A stretch of 64,000 nt of DNA, from the NCBI GenBank assembly GCA_041665265.1, contig JBAYJE010000002.1, forward strand, positions 10,836 through 74,835, read 5' to 3'. Below are positions 29,522-39,968 of the stretch, one piece after another. The translations under genes were made by a program, and so were the position numbers. Source of the DNA: Minisyncoccota bacterium (GTDB lineage Bacteria; Patescibacteriota; Minisyncoccia; UBA6257; GWB1-50-10). Below the pieces are notes generated by a model, which ran no database searches, was not told where the DNA came from, and saw nothing but the letters and a program-made list of their open reading frames with translations. Position 1 is the first letter of the stretch. The number at the start of each line of letters is the position of its first letter.

Positions 29522-31366
29522 ATGGATACGATAAGAACAGACATTCGGAATATAGCAATAATCGCACACGTGGACCACGGGAAGACAACTCTTGTGGACG
29601 CGCTTTTAAAGCAATCAGAAAATTTTCGTCTTAAGGCTGATGATGATAAAGACCTTATTATGGATTCTAATGAACTCGAACGCGAGCGCGGAATTACTAT
29701 TTTTTCAAAAAACGCGACCATTCATTATAAGGGCACGAAGATTAACATTGTGGATACTCCAGGTCACGCCGATTTCGGTGGTGAGGTGGAGCGTATCATG
29801 CGCATGGTAGACGGTGTCTTATTGCTTGTAGATGCAAAAGAAGGTCCGATGCCTCAAACAAAATTCGTATTACGTAAAGCAATTCAGGCAGGTCATAAAG
29901 TAATTGTAGTAGTAAATAAAATTGATAAATCGGGTGCGCGACCATTGTGGGCACTTGATCAGACTTTCGATCTTTTTATTGAACTTGGTGCCTCAGACGA
30001 GCAGGCAAACTTTCCAGTTATTTATGCGGCAGGCGTGCAGGGAAAAGCAGGCGTGGTTCCTGAATTAGATTCAATGACTGATGTTATCCCTCTTTTTGAT
30101 GCAATTATAAAATATATTCCCGGACCAAAGATTTCAGAGACAAACCCGCTTCAAATGCTTACGGTGAGTTTATTTTACGATAATTATAAGGGTAAGATTG
30201 CAATCGGACGATTGTATTCAGGAGTTTTAAAGAAGGGCATGCAAGTATTGCATATAAATCGAAACGGAGTATCGAAAAAAGCAGAAATTTCCGCAGTGCT
30301 TGGTTTTGAGGGAATGAAACGCATTGAAGTGGATTCTGTAAGTGCAGGAGATATTCTCGCTATTTCAGGAATTTCTGATGTTTCTATCGGCGAGACTATT
30401 ACTGATATTGAAAATCCCATGCCGTTGCCACCTATTAAGATTGATGAGCCGACAATCAAAATGATGTTCGGAGTTAATACTTCACCATTTGCAGGAAGAG
30501 AGGGAAGTTATTCTACCTCACGCAATCTTAAAGAGAGACTTTTCCGTGAATTAGAGACAGATGTAGCACTCTCAGTTACTGCAACCGACTCCCCTGATAG
30601 ATGGGTTGTTGCAGGACGTGGAGAGCTTCACCTTTCTATTATTGTGGAGAAGATGCGTCGCGAGGGATTTGAACTTGAAGTTTCAAAACCACAAGTTATT
30701 TTTCATGAAGAAGAAGGAAAGAAACAGGAGCCAATTGAGTTGGTGTCATTTGAAGTTCCTGAAGAGTTTGGCGGTACTGTTATTGAAATGATGGGAAAAC
30801 GCCTTGGTGTTATGAAAGATATGCGCGTAGATCGTGGCGTTACTCACATGGATTTCGTGGTACCAACTCGCGGTCTTATTGGTATTCGAAACTTATTTCT
30901 CACAAGTACTAAAGGCATGGGTATTATGAATACCATCTTTTTGGGATATGAGAATTACAAAGGAGACTTACCTTCCGATCCCCATGGTTCGCTTGTGGTA
31001 TCAGAATTGGGGACTTCGAACAGTTATGGACTTATAATCGCACAGGGGCGTGGTCAACTTTTCATCGGCCCTTCCGTTGAGGTGTATGAAGGTATGGTAA
31101 TTGGGCAGAACGCGAAAGCGGGTGATATTTTTACTAATATTTGTAAATCAAAAGAACTTACCAACTTCCGTACTAAAAACTTTGGTATTCAAGAAACGCT
31201 TGATGTGCCCCACATTATGGGACTCGAAGATGCACTTGATTACATAGGCGACGATGAACTTGTTGAGGTAACACCAAAAAACATTCGCATCAGAAAGCTC
31301 TTCTTAAAAGAGAATGATCGTAAGAAGTCCGAGAGAGACGCAAAGAATGCAGAAAAAGGGAACTAA
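29522..31366 (+). CDS. typA: Translational GTPase TypA/BipA
   Basis: IAHVDHGKTT, ERERGITI, DTPGHADFGGEVER, GRGELHL, DELVEVTP. Confidence 0.97.
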   Translation: MDTIRTDIRNIAIIAHVDHGKTTLVDALLKQSENFRLKADDDKDLIMDSNELERERGITIFSKNATIHYKGTKINIVDTPGHADFGGEVERIMRMVDGVLLLVDAKEGPMPQTKFVLRKAIQAGHKVIVVVNKIDKSGARPLWALDQTFDLFIELGASDEQANFPVIYAAGVQGKAGVVPELDSMTDVIPLFDAIIKYIPGPKISETNPLQMLTVSLFYDNYKGKIAIGRLYSGVLKKGMQVLHINRNGVSKKAEISAVLGFEGMKRIEVDSVSAGDILAISGISDVSIGETITDIENPMPLPPIKIDEPTIKMMFGVNTSPFAGREGSYSTSRNLKERLFRELETDVALSVTATDSPDRWVVAGRGELHLSIIVEKMRREGFELEVSKPQVIFHEEEGKKQEPIELVSFEVPEEFGGTVIEMMGKRLGVMKDMRVDRGVTHMDFVVPTRGLIGIRNLFLTSTKGMGIMNTIFLGYENYKGDLPSDPHGSLVVSELGTSNSYGLIIAQGRGQLFIGPSVEVYEGMVIGQNAKAGDIFTNICKSKELTNFRTKNFGIQETLDVPHIMGLEDALDYIGDDELVEVTPKNIRIRKLFLKENDRKKSERDAKNAEKGN

Positions 31367-31386
31367 GATTATTATTTCGTTGAACA

Positions 31387-32403
31387 ATGAGGACAAAAAT
31401 TATCGCTACGATAGGGCCTACTTCGGAGTCAGAAGCCGTACTTAAAAAATTTATTGCGGAGGGTATGGATATTGCCCGAATGAATTTTTCCCACTGTACA
31501 CACGTAGAATATCGTGTGCGTAAGGAAAAGATTATTCGGATAGCAAAGAAATTTAAGAAACACGTGAAGATATTGCAGGACCTGAAGGGTCCGCGTATTC
31601 GTGTGGGTATATTGCCAGAAAATGGTGTGGTATTAAACGATGGAGATATCATTCTTTTTTCGACTGCAAAAAAGGTACCCAAGGGCGCTATTTTTATTGA
31701 TGACGAGCATGTACATAAAGATGTAAAAATTGGACATCCCATCTTCTTAGCGAATGGAAGTATGGAACTTATCGTGACTAAGATATCTGGCACCACTATT
31801 ACTACTAAGGTAATACGGGGAGGAACACTTTATTCGCGAAAAGCAGTTAATATGCCCCACACAATGCTTACGACCTCAGGACTTACTGATAAGGATATTG
31901 AGGATGTAAAATTTGGGATAAAAGAGGGTGTTGATTATATCGCACTTTCATTTGTACAATCAGAAAAAGATATTATGAATCTTCGTGCAATTGTAGGAAC
32001 AAAAGCAAAGATTGTGGCAAAAATTGAAAGTGCAATTGCGTTAAAACATATTGACCGAATTATCAAAGCATCGGATGCTATCATGGTGGCGCGGGGTGAT
32101 CTCGGGGTTGAGATTCCTATGGAGAAAGTTCCTTTTATTCAGAAAAATTTAATTCGTCATGCCGCATGGCATGGAAAGTCGGCTATTGTAGCGACACAGA
32201 TGCTTTCTTCGATGATTGACCACGCACATCCTACCCGCGCAGAAGTGTCTGATATTGCAAACGCAGTATGGGATGGCGCAGATGCAGTTATGCTTTCTGA
32301 TGAAACTGCATCGGGACAATATCCAGTAGAGTCTATAGTTGCAATGAAAAAGATAGTTGCCGAGGCGGAACACTCTCACTTTGATAGGGAGAACATTCTT
32401 TAG
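31387..32403 (+). CDS. pyk: Pyruvate kinase (short, lacks C-terminal domain)
   Basis: RTKIIATIGP, RMNFSH, DLKGP, AKIE, MVARGDLG, ATQML, DAVMLSDET. Confidence 0.93.
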   Translation: MRTKIIATIGPTSESEAVLKKFIAEGMDIARMNFSHCTHVEYRVRKEKIIRIAKKFKKHVKILQDLKGPRIRVGILPENGVVLNDGDIILFSTAKKVPKGAIFIDDEHVHKDVKIGHPIFLANGSMELIVTKISGTTITTKVIRGGTLYSRKAVNMPHTMLTTSGLTDKDIEDVKFGIKEGVDYIALSFVQSEKDIMNLRAIVGTKAKIVAKIESAIALKHIDRIIKASDAIMVARGDLGVEIPMEKVPFIQKNLIRHAAWHGKSAIVATQMLSSMIDHAHPTRAEVSDIANAVWDGADAVMLSDETASGQYPVESIVAMKKIVAEAEHSHFDRENIL

Positions 32404-32417
32404 TACAATTAAACTTT

Positions 32418-33116
32418 ATGGCGCTTACTATTCCAAATCACATCGCAATTATTCCTGATGGAAATCGTAGATGGGCAGCCTCACAAAAGAAAAAAATATT
32501 TTCAGGACACACAGAAGGATCTCATACAACTGAACGCATTTTAAAAGAGGCATTTGATATGGGCGTTCGTTATTTCACTATTTGGGGTGCTTCAGAAGAT
32601 AATCTTACGAAACGAGATTCTCTAGAAGTAAGTGCACTTACTCAGGTGTTTATTCACGCACTTACCAAGCTTTCAAAATCAAAAGAGCTAAGAAAGTACA
32701 ATGTAAAAGTTTGTGTATGTGGGAGATTTAGAGAGCTTCTCAAGAATAAAAAATTAAACGATATTGCGAAAGCGATTGAATTTTCTACAAAGGATAATAC
32801 CGAGAGGATTCTTACCGTTCTTTTGGGGTACGACGGGAAGAACGAAATGATTCATGTAGTACAGTCACTACAAGGGAAAGATGTGGTAATTGATGACGCA
32901 TCAATACGCTCTAGGCTTTTTACAAACAATCTGCCTCCTGTTGATCTTGTAATACGCACAGGAGGAGATCCTCATTGGTCTGCTGGATTTATGATGTGGC
33001 TTACCGCAAACAGTGAATTTTACTTTACAAGCACCTTATGGCCGGCGTTTACTAATAACGAATTACGAAGAGCCTTTCAAGAGTTTTCAAAGCGTAGGAG
33101 AATGCTTGGAAAATAG
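32418..33116 (+). CDS. uppS: cis-prenyltransferase (undecaprenyl diphosphate synthase family)
   Basis: HIAIIPDGNRRWA, DLVIRTGG, LWPAF, RRMLG. Confidence 0.88.
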   Translation: MALTIPNHIAIIPDGNRRWAASQKKKIFSGHTEGSHTTERILKEAFDMGVRYFTIWGASEDNLTKRDSLEVSALTQVFIHALTKLSKSKELRKYNVKVCVCGRFRELLKNKKLNDIAKAIEFSTKDNTERILTVLLGYDGKNEMIHVVQSLQGKDVVIDDASIRSRLFTNNLPPVDLVIRTGGDPHWSAGFMMWLTANSEFYFTSTLWPAFTNNELRRAFQEFSKRRRMLGK

Positions 33117-33191
33117 AAAAGTATTTGTTTTTAGTGCTTTTTACGAAAAACATGGGTTCACTACTCATGTTTTTTATCGTATAATGGAGGT

Positions 33192-33536
33192 ATGAAAATA
33201 GATATTGTAGGAAATAAAATTGAATTAACTCCTGCTCTTTCAGCGTTTATCGAAAAAAAAATTGGGTCATGCTCAAATTTAGTAAAACGGTTTGATACCG
33301 ATGGCGCTCTTACTATTTTCTTTACTATCGGGAATACTACAAAGCATCACAAACATGGAGAGGTGTTTATTGCAGAAGCGGCGGTACGTTTGCCAGGGAA
33401 GTCAATCAGGGTTGAGTGTACTAATACGGATGTGTATGCCGCGATTGATGAAGTAAAAGACGGACTAAAAATAGAATTTGGTAAGTACAAAGAAAAGAGT
33501 AGTTCACGCTCGAGCCGCCCAAATAAATTTACATAA
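33192..33536 (+). CDS. hpf: Ribosome hibernation factor (short HPF/RaiA)
   Basis: IELTPALSAFIEKKI..DVYAAIDEV. Confidence 0.88.
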   Translation: MKIDIVGNKIELTPALSAFIEKKIGSCSNLVKRFDTDGALTIFFTIGNTTKHHKHGEVFIAEAAVRLPGKSIRVECTNTDVYAAIDEVKDGLKIEFGKYKEKSSSRSSRPNKFT

Positions 33537-33539
33537 TAT

Positions 33540-35138
33540 ATGTCACATACTGCACAGCCACATCCTTTACACTCATCACATTCGCGAAGGAGAAAAAAGA
33601 ACTTGCTTCTTTGGGGTATTATCGTTGTTTTCTGTGGTGTGGTGGTATTGTTTTTTACTACAAAACAAAAAATAAAATATGAGATGGTAACAGTTACTCG
33701 TGGGAATATTGCTGAAGAAGTTTCAGTTACGGGACGCGTGAAATCTGCAGAGAGTGTGAATCTCGCATTTGAGAAAGGAGGAAAGATAAAAAATGTAAGT
33801 GTACAGGTGGGAGATAGGGTGAGTCCTGGTCAGGCACTTGTCCATCTTGATGCCGCAGAAGTGAATGCACAATTACTCCAGGCGGAAGCAAGTGTGGATA
33901 CGCAAGTTGCAAAGCTCAACGAATTAAAGAGGGGTGCACGCATCGAAGAAATTCAAGTAAAAGAAACCGAGCTTAGAAAAGCGGAGCAGGATCTTACAAA
34001 TGCCTATGGCAGTGTGCTCAATATCGCGAATGACGCATTTTCAAAAGCGGATGATGCAGTGCGCTCAAAAACCGATCAAGTATTTTTAAATGATGATACT
34101 GATTCTCCCCAACTTACTTTTCTCGTAAGTGATGCACAGGCGCAAATCGATACAGTTGCTTTACGTCGCCTTGCAACGTCAGAACTTAATGCATGGAAGA
34201 GTGAATTGCGTACCACTTCAGGGACATCAAGTGTCGCGCTCGATATACTTCTGATTCAGAGTCAAAAACACCTCGCACTTATTCGAGATTTTCTTATACG
34301 CACACTTGATACGGTAGACAAGGCAATAGGAGTTTCTGCTTCGACTATCGATACCTATAAGACAAATATTGGCACGGGTCGCGCAAATGTAAGTACTGCT
34401 ATTTCAAATATTACTACGCAAGAACAGACAATTTCGACCCAAAAAGTAGTAATAGAGCGCATCACGAACGAACTATCTCTTATTAAGGCGGGGTCGGCAT
34501 TTGAAGTTATTGCAGGTCAGGAAGCTCAAGTGAAACAAGTAGAAGCAAATGTTGCTGCAATTCGTGCGCAGGTTTCAAAAATGATTCTTTACGCACCTAT
34601 TGGAGGTGTTGTGACAAAGCAGGATGCAAAGCAAGGAGAGATTGCTTCAATAAATACGATACTCATTTCAATTATTGGAGACCAAAGCCTTGAGATTGAA
34701 GCAAATATTCCTGAAATTGACGTTGGTCGTATTGCAATTGGGAATCCCGTTCTTATTAAACTCGATGCATTTCCTGGAGAAGTATTTAATGGCAAGGTGA
34801 AATATATTGACCCGGCTGAAAATGTAGTTGATGGAGTGGTGAATTTTAAGGTAACAATTGCATTTGAGACAATTGAGAAAAAAATTCGTAGTGGCCTCAC
34901 TGCTAATTTAGAAATTGAAAGCAGAAAAAAAGAAGGGGTCCTCCTTCTTCCTGAATTTGCAATTGTAGAGAACGATGAGGGAACCTTTGTGCGCACTCTT
35001 TTATTAGATGGAGTTACTACTGAGGATGTGTTCGTAGTGAGAGGTATTCGTGATAATAATGGGTTTGTGGAAATAGAGCAGGGAGTTACCGAGGGAGAGC
35101 AGGTGGTTAATATCGGACTTAAAGCGGTTGTAAAATAA
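33540..35138 (+). CDS. MacA/HlyD-like adaptor subunit with long coiled coil
   Basis: TM, lipoyl-like halves (VQVGDRV / APIGGVV), extended alpha hairpin, IEANIPEID. Confidence 0.88.
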   Translation: MSHTAQPHPLHSSHSRRRKKNLLLWGIIVVFCGVVVLFFTTKQKIKYEMVTVTRGNIAEEVSVTGRVKSAESVNLAFEKGGKIKNVSVQVGDRVSPGQALVHLDAAEVNAQLLQAEASVDTQVAKLNELKRGARIEEIQVKETELRKAEQDLTNAYGSVLNIANDAFSKADDAVRSKTDQVFLNDDTDSPQLTFLVSDAQAQIDTVALRRLATSELNAWKSELRTTSGTSSVALDILLIQSQKHLALIRDFLIRTLDTVDKAIGVSASTIDTYKTNIGTGRANVSTAISNITTQEQTISTQKVVIERITNELSLIKAGSAFEVIAGQEAQVKQVEANVAAIRAQVSKMILYAPIGGVVTKQDAKQGEIASINTILISIIGDQSLEIEANIPEIDVGRIAIGNPVLIKLDAFPGEVFNGKVKYIDPAENVVDGVVNFKVTIAFETIEKKIRSGLTANLEIESRKKEGVLLLPEFAIVENDEGTFVRTLLLDGVTTEDVFVVRGIRDNNGFVEIEQGVTEGEQVVNIGLKAVVK

Positions 35139-35139
35139 A

Positions 35140-35856
35140 ATGCTTATTTCCGTTCGTGATCTTGAAAAGACATACGATGATGAGGGTGAAGTAACGCGCG
35201 CACTTGCGGGTGTCTCATTTGATATTAAAAAAGGGGAATTTGTGGCGATTATGGGACCCTCTGGTTCTGGTAAATCAACTCTTTTGCATATTCTCTCTTT
35301 TCTTGATAGGCCAACGAATGGTAGTTATATTTTTAATGGTAAGCATATGAATGAGCTCTCTGATATAGATCTCGCGCATATTAGAAATAAAGAGATGGGT
35401 TTTATCTTTCAGTCATTCAATCTTCTTTCTCGTCTCTCGGTGTTTGAAAATGTGGCAATTCCTCTTGTGTACTCTCATGATGTGCCGGTGGATCGACGAA
35501 AAAAAATTGTTGAACACGCGATTCAAAGTGTGGGACTTGAAGAGAAAACATATATAGAAGCAGGGAAGCTTTCGGGAGGTCAGAAACAGCGCGTGGCGAT
35601 TGCACGCGCACTTGTGAATAATCCCGATGTTATTTTTGCTGATGAGCCCACAGGAAACCTTGATTCAAAGTCGGGTGCACAGGTTATGGATATCTTACAT
35701 GAGCTTCATGAAGCGGGGAATACTATTATTCTCGTGACACATGAAACATATACCGCAGAATTTGCAAATCGTCTTATTCATATTAAAGACGGGCTTATTG
35801 ATTCTGATGAACCGATTATAAAGTCGCGTACTAAAAAAACAGATTTTTTCAAATAA
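35140..35856 (+). CDS. ABC transporter ATP-binding protein (MacB/LolD type)
   Basis: GPSGSGKST, LSGGQKQRVAIAR, ADEPTGNLD. Confidence 0.95.
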   Translation: MLISVRDLEKTYDDEGEVTRALAGVSFDIKKGEFVAIMGPSGSGKSTLLHILSFLDRPTNGSYIFNGKHMNELSDIDLAHIRNKEMGFIFQSFNLLSRLSVFENVAIPLVYSHDVPVDRRKKIVEHAIQSVGLEEKTYIEAGKLSGGQKQRVAIARALVNNPDVIFADEPTGNLDSKSGAQVMDILHELHEAGNTIILVTHETYTAEFANRLIHIKDGLIDSDEPIIKSRTKKTDFFK

Positions 35857-35857
35857 T

Positions 35858-37102
35858 ATGCGCCTTCGCGATTCTATAAAAACAGCTACCTCAAATGTAC
35901 TTCATTCTCGAATGCGTTCGTTTCTTACGATGCTTGGTATTGTGATTGGTATCTCTTCGGTGATTTTACTTATGTCGATTGGAAATTCTGCTCAGGCACT
36001 TATTGTAAATCAGGTGAAGGGTATTGGATCGAATCTTGTTTTTATTATCCCTGGAGCGACAAAGAGCGGAAGATTCTCTGCGCCTGCATCATCGCAAGGC
36101 ATTGTCATTAAAACATTAGTAAAAGATGATGTGGTCGCACTTGAGCGAAGCGCAGCTATAGTGGGGGCAACCCCTGAGGTGCGAGGGCAGGCAAAAATTG
36201 TGTATAGCAATAACGACACCACCGTTACCTTTCTTGGTGTGGGAGGAGATTTTTTTGCGCTACGCAGCTATAACGTGGCAAAGGGTTATCCTTTTACAAA
36301 TAGAGACGTTGAATCATACGAGCGCGTGATTGTTCTTGGTTCAGAAACGGCATCGATACTTTTTGGTAATTTTGATCCATTGGGTAAATCAGTAAGACTG
36401 AAAGATGTTTCATTTCGTGTAGTGGGAATTCTTGAGAAAAAAGGTGTGGGTGCGTTTGGTATCGATCAGGATAATATTGCAGTTATTCCGCTTCCTGTTG
36501 CACAGAAGCAGATGCTTGGTATCGATTATTACAATGCAATCACTGTTCAAGCAAGTGATGCGTATACTTCTGAGTTTGTGAAGCAGCGTGTTATTTCTAT
36601 TATTCGCGAGAGCCATCGTATCACCGATCCTGATAAAGATGATTTTACCGTGCGCACACAAGAAGACGCACTTTCACTTCTTGGTGACATTACTTCCACG
36701 CTTACTCTTTTTCTTACTTCTATTGCTTTCATTTCACTTGTTGTGGGGGGTATCGGTATTATGAATATTATGTTGGTATCGGTTATTGAGCGCACTCGCG
36801 AAATAGGTCTTCGCAAGGCAGTAGGAGCGACTAATAATGACATTATGCAGCAGTTTCTCTGGGAGTCGATTATCCTCACTTTTTTTGGTGGAATCACTGG
36901 AATCTTTTTAGGCTCTATTCTTACTTATGGGCTTTATTATGTTCTTGTGAATATCGTGAAGATGGACTGGGTATTTGTATTACCCCCATCCGCTATTCTA
37001 CTTGCGGTTGGCGTTTCTACCTTTACTGGTGTCATTTTTGGGCTCTATCCATCGCGACAAGCGGCAAAAAAGAACCCAATTGAAGCCCTTCGTTATGAGT
37101 AG
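35858..37102 (+). CDS. ABC permease, MacB/FtsX family
   Basis: RSFLTMLGIVIG, GGIGIMNIMLVSV.ERTREIG.RKAVGA, PIEALRYE. Confidence 0.95.
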   Translation: MRLRDSIKTATSNVLHSRMRSFLTMLGIVIGISSVILLMSIGNSAQALIVNQVKGIGSNLVFIIPGATKSGRFSAPASSQGIVIKTLVKDDVVALERSAAIVGATPEVRGQAKIVYSNNDTTVTFLGVGGDFFALRSYNVAKGYPFTNRDVESYERVIVLGSETASILFGNFDPLGKSVRLKDVSFRVVGILEKKGVGAFGIDQDNIAVIPLPVAQKQMLGIDYYNAITVQASDAYTSEFVKQRVISIIRESHRITDPDKDDFTVRTQEDALSLLGDITSTLTLFLTSIAFISLVVGGIGIMNIMLVSVIERTREIGLRKAVGATNNDIMQQFLWESIILTFFGGITGIFLGSILTYGLYYVLVNIVKMDWVFVLPPSAILLAVGVSTFTGVIFGLYPSRQAAKKNPIEALRYE

Positions 37103-37104
37103 CC

Positions 37105-37133
37105 TTTACAAAATAAGTAGAAAAGAGTATAAT
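37105..37133 (+). promoter_or_regulatory. sigma70 promoter
   Basis: TTTACA-17-TATAAT. Confidence 0.7.
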
Positions 37134-37183
37134 GTAATTAATATCGTGGTCGAAGCAACACGTATTTTAATAAATAAAAATTC

Positions 37184-37267
37184 ATGAAATCAGCAGAATT
37201 TTGGATTTTTCTTGTAGTGGGTTTTTTTCTGGCCTATGCGGGATATGTGACTCATGTAATGCAATAA
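37184..37267 (+). CDS. Putative 27-aa single-TM small protein
   Basis: MKSAEFWIFLVVGFFLAYAGYVTHVMQ*, only ORF between a promoter and a terminator. Confidence 0.55.
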   Translation: MKSAEFWIFLVVGFFLAYAGYVTHVMQ

Positions 37268-37276
37268 AATCCATAG

Positions 37277-37311
37277 AAAAAAATCTCGCATCGCGCGAGG
37301 TTTTTTCTTTT
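37277..37311 (+). terminator. Rho-independent terminator
   Basis: AAAAATCTCGC-ATCGC-GCGAGGTTTTTTCTTTT. Confidence 0.7.
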
Positions 37312-37334
37312 GTGGGTGATATGATAAAGAAAAT

Positions 37335-37982
37335 ATGAAAATAGTTTCATTGCGTGAGTTAGAAATTCGGAAGAAAAAAGTGCGTAACATCATTGCCGTT
37401 CTTAAAAAACTATACCCAAATGTTGCACCCTTTCTTCACTTTAAAACTCCATGGGAGCTTTTGGTTGCGGTAGTGTTGTCCGCACAATGCACTGATAAAA
37501 AAGTAAATGAGGTAACCAAAACTCTTTTCAAAAAATACAAGACGCTTAATGATTACCTCCATGCCTCACAAAAAGAGTTTGAAGTAGACATTTATTCTAC
37601 TGGGTTTTATAGGAGTAAGGCAAAAAATATTCTTAAGGCAGCACGCGTAATACATAACCAGTTTCATGATGAAGTGCCACACACCATGAGAGAACTTCTT
37701 GAGATTCCTGGTGTAGGGCGAAAATCAGCAAATGTTATATTAGAAAACGCATTTGGTATTGTTGAAGGCATTGCGGTGGATACTCATGTAAGGCGCTTAG
37801 TTTTATTGTGGGGTCTTTCTCATGAACATAATCCCGACAAAATAGAGAAAGATCTCACTTCGATTCTTCCAAAAAGTCAGTGGCCAGGATTTACACATCG
37901 ACTTATTAGTTATGGGAGAGAATATTGTCCATCGCGACGCCATATGCATGAGAGATGTCCAATTACACAACTCGGCGTATAA
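37335..37982 (+). CDS. nth: Endonuclease III
   Basis: LLVAVVLSAQCTD, HhH PGVGRKSAN, AVDTHV. Confidence 0.93.
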   Translation: MKIVSLRELEIRKKKVRNIIAVLKKLYPNVAPFLHFKTPWELLVAVVLSAQCTDKKVNEVTKTLFKKYKTLNDYLHASQKEFEVDIYSTGFYRSKAKNILKAARVIHNQFHDEVPHTMRELLEIPGVGRKSANVILENAFGIVEGIAVDTHVRRLVLLWGLSHEHNPDKIEKDLTSILPKSQWPGFTHRLISYGREYCPSRRHMHERCPITQLGV

Positions 37983-37989
37983 TAGAAGC

Positions 37990-38880
37990 ATGAAGACCCA
38001 TATTGTGGTATTGGGGATGGGAGAGATTGGTTCAGCTCTTTCCTCCATCTTGGAGAAGAAAAAACACCCCGTAGATTCATGGGACGTTATTTCTGGGAAG
38101 GTGCACAATCAAAAAACGTTATTTGAAATTATTCCTCATGCGGACATTCTTTTCCTTTGTGTGCCTTCGTGGGGTTTGCCACAAGTTATGAAATCTATTC
38201 AGCCTTTTGTACACGCACAAACACTTGTAGTTGGATTATCAAAAGGATTGCAACGAGAAAAAAGTGAAACAACGTACGATTTTCTTGTGCGCATGCTTCA
38301 TCCTGGGCAACAAGTAGTGCTTCTTGCGGGAGCTATGCTTGCTGAGGAGCTTCAGAAGGGAATGCCAGGCATAGGAGTAGTAGCAGGAAAAAATAAAAAA
38401 GCATGCGAAACGATTTGCGATCTTTTCAAAGGAAGTTCATTGAAGTTAACTTCTTCAACTGATGTGAAGGGAATAGCATATGCAGGCGCACTTAAGAATA
38501 GTTATGCGCTCGGTCTTGGTATAACAGAAGGTATTAATTGGGGAGGAAATGCGCGTGCGTGGTTTGCATATGAGTCTTTTTTTGAAATGGAAAAGATTAT
38601 AAAACTTCTTGGTGGGAAAAAGGAGTCTTTTTGGGGTCCTGCGGGCATTGTTGATTTTATTGCTACGGGGTTTAGTTCTTATTCAAAGAATGCGGAGTGG
38701 GGAAGACTCTTTGCTGCAGGGAAAGAAGCACTTCCACAAAGCGAGGGCTCGATATCACTTGAATCTATAGCAAAACTTCTACGAGGAAATATGGATGCAT
38801 TTCCTCTCTTTCAAACAATTGTTCGGGTAGCAGCGAAAAAGGAAGATGCGGAGGGAGCATTTCGGAAGCTTTTGAAATAA
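37990..38880 (+). CDS. gpsA: NAD(P)H-dependent glycerol-3-phosphate dehydrogenase family
   Basis: GMGEIG Rossmann loop, LSKGL, GALKN, SEG. Confidence 0.75.
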   Translation: MKTHIVVLGMGEIGSALSSILEKKKHPVDSWDVISGKVHNQKTLFEIIPHADILFLCVPSWGLPQVMKSIQPFVHAQTLVVGLSKGLQREKSETTYDFLVRMLHPGQQVVLLAGAMLAEELQKGMPGIGVVAGKNKKACETICDLFKGSSLKLTSSTDVKGIAYAGALKNSYALGLGITEGINWGGNARAWFAYESFFEMEKIIKLLGGKKESFWGPAGIVDFIATGFSSYSKNAEWGRLFAAGKEALPQSEGSISLESIAKLLRGNMDAFPLFQTIVRVAAKKEDAEGAFRKLLK

Positions 38881-38883
38881 TAT

Positions 38884-39957
38884 ATGCGTATTATTGCTCA
38901 TCTCGATATGGATGCATTTTTTGCGTCAGTCGAAGAGCGTGATAATCCTCGCTTTCGTAATCTTCCTCTCGTGGTAGGCTCTGATCCACTCGGAGGAAAA
39001 GGAAGGGGTGTGGTTTCTACCGCAAATTATAGAGCGAGAAAATATGGTATTCGTTCCGCACTTCCTATTAGTAAGGCGTGGGAATATGCAGAGCAGGCAC
39101 GCCGCGAAGGGAAGCCCCCCGTTATTTTTCTAGGAGTTGATATGGAGAAGTATTCTCGTGTATCGGAACATATCAGAGCATTAGTGCTTCAACTCACACC
39201 AAAAATTGAACAGGCAAGTATTGATGAAATATATTGTGATGTAAGTGAGTATGGAAGTTTTGAGAAGGCAGAAAGGACGTGCGTAGCACTTCAAAAGAAA
39301 ATACAAAAAGAAGAACATCTTTCTTGTTCGCTTGGTATTGGGCCGAACAAACTTGTAGCAAAGATCGCTTCAGATTTCAAAAAGCCTTTAGGGCTTACGG
39401 TAGTCCGACCGGATAATGTATTGCAGTTTCTCGCACCACTCTCAATACGTAAAATGCCAGGAATAGGTCCCAAGATGGAAGAGATATTGCATGCGAAAAA
39501 AGTAAATACCATAGAAGATATACAGAAGTATTCTCTTGAAGAAATGAAGGAAGAGCTTGGGAAATGGGGTGAGGCAATATTTTTTCATGCGCATGGTAGT
39601 GATGACACACCAGTAACGGAAGAATATGAGACGAAATCAATCGGAGAGCAGGAAACGTTTCTTCGTGATACGTCCGATGTGGGTGAAGTAGCAGTAATAA
39701 TAACAAAATTGAGTAGTGCGGTATTCCAACGTTTTAAAAAAAGTGAATTTGTTTCTTTTCGAAGAATTGCGGTGACTGTGCGTTTTGCTGATTTTAAGAC
39801 GGTGTCACGATCGCATGCATTCGAAAAAACTCCACAAAACGAAAAAGAGTTTATTTTTGAAGTGATGAAGATTCTTCTTCCATTTTTTGATGCGCGAGAA
39901 AATCCTCACAAAAAGAAGTTCCGTCTTCTCGGTGTTCGTGTTGAACAATTTAAATAA
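38884..39957 (+). CDS. dinB: DNA polymerase IV
   Basis: HLDMDAFFASVE, STANY.AR, SIDE, NKLVAKIASD, PGIG. Confidence 0.95.
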   Translation: MRIIAHLDMDAFFASVEERDNPRFRNLPLVVGSDPLGGKGRGVVSTANYRARKYGIRSALPISKAWEYAEQARREGKPPVIFLGVDMEKYSRVSEHIRALVLQLTPKIEQASIDEIYCDVSEYGSFEKAERTCVALQKKIQKEEHLSCSLGIGPNKLVAKIASDFKKPLGLTVVRPDNVLQFLAPLSIRKMPGIGPKMEEILHAKKVNTIEDIQKYSLEEMKEELGKWGEAIFFHAHGSDDTPVTEEYETKSIGEQETFLRDTSDVGEVAVIITKLSSAVFQRFKKSEFVSFRRIAVTVRFADFKTVSRSHAFEKTPQNEKEFIFEVMKILLPFFDARENPHKKKFRLLGVRVEQFK

Positions 39958-39968
39958 AAACCCCGGCA

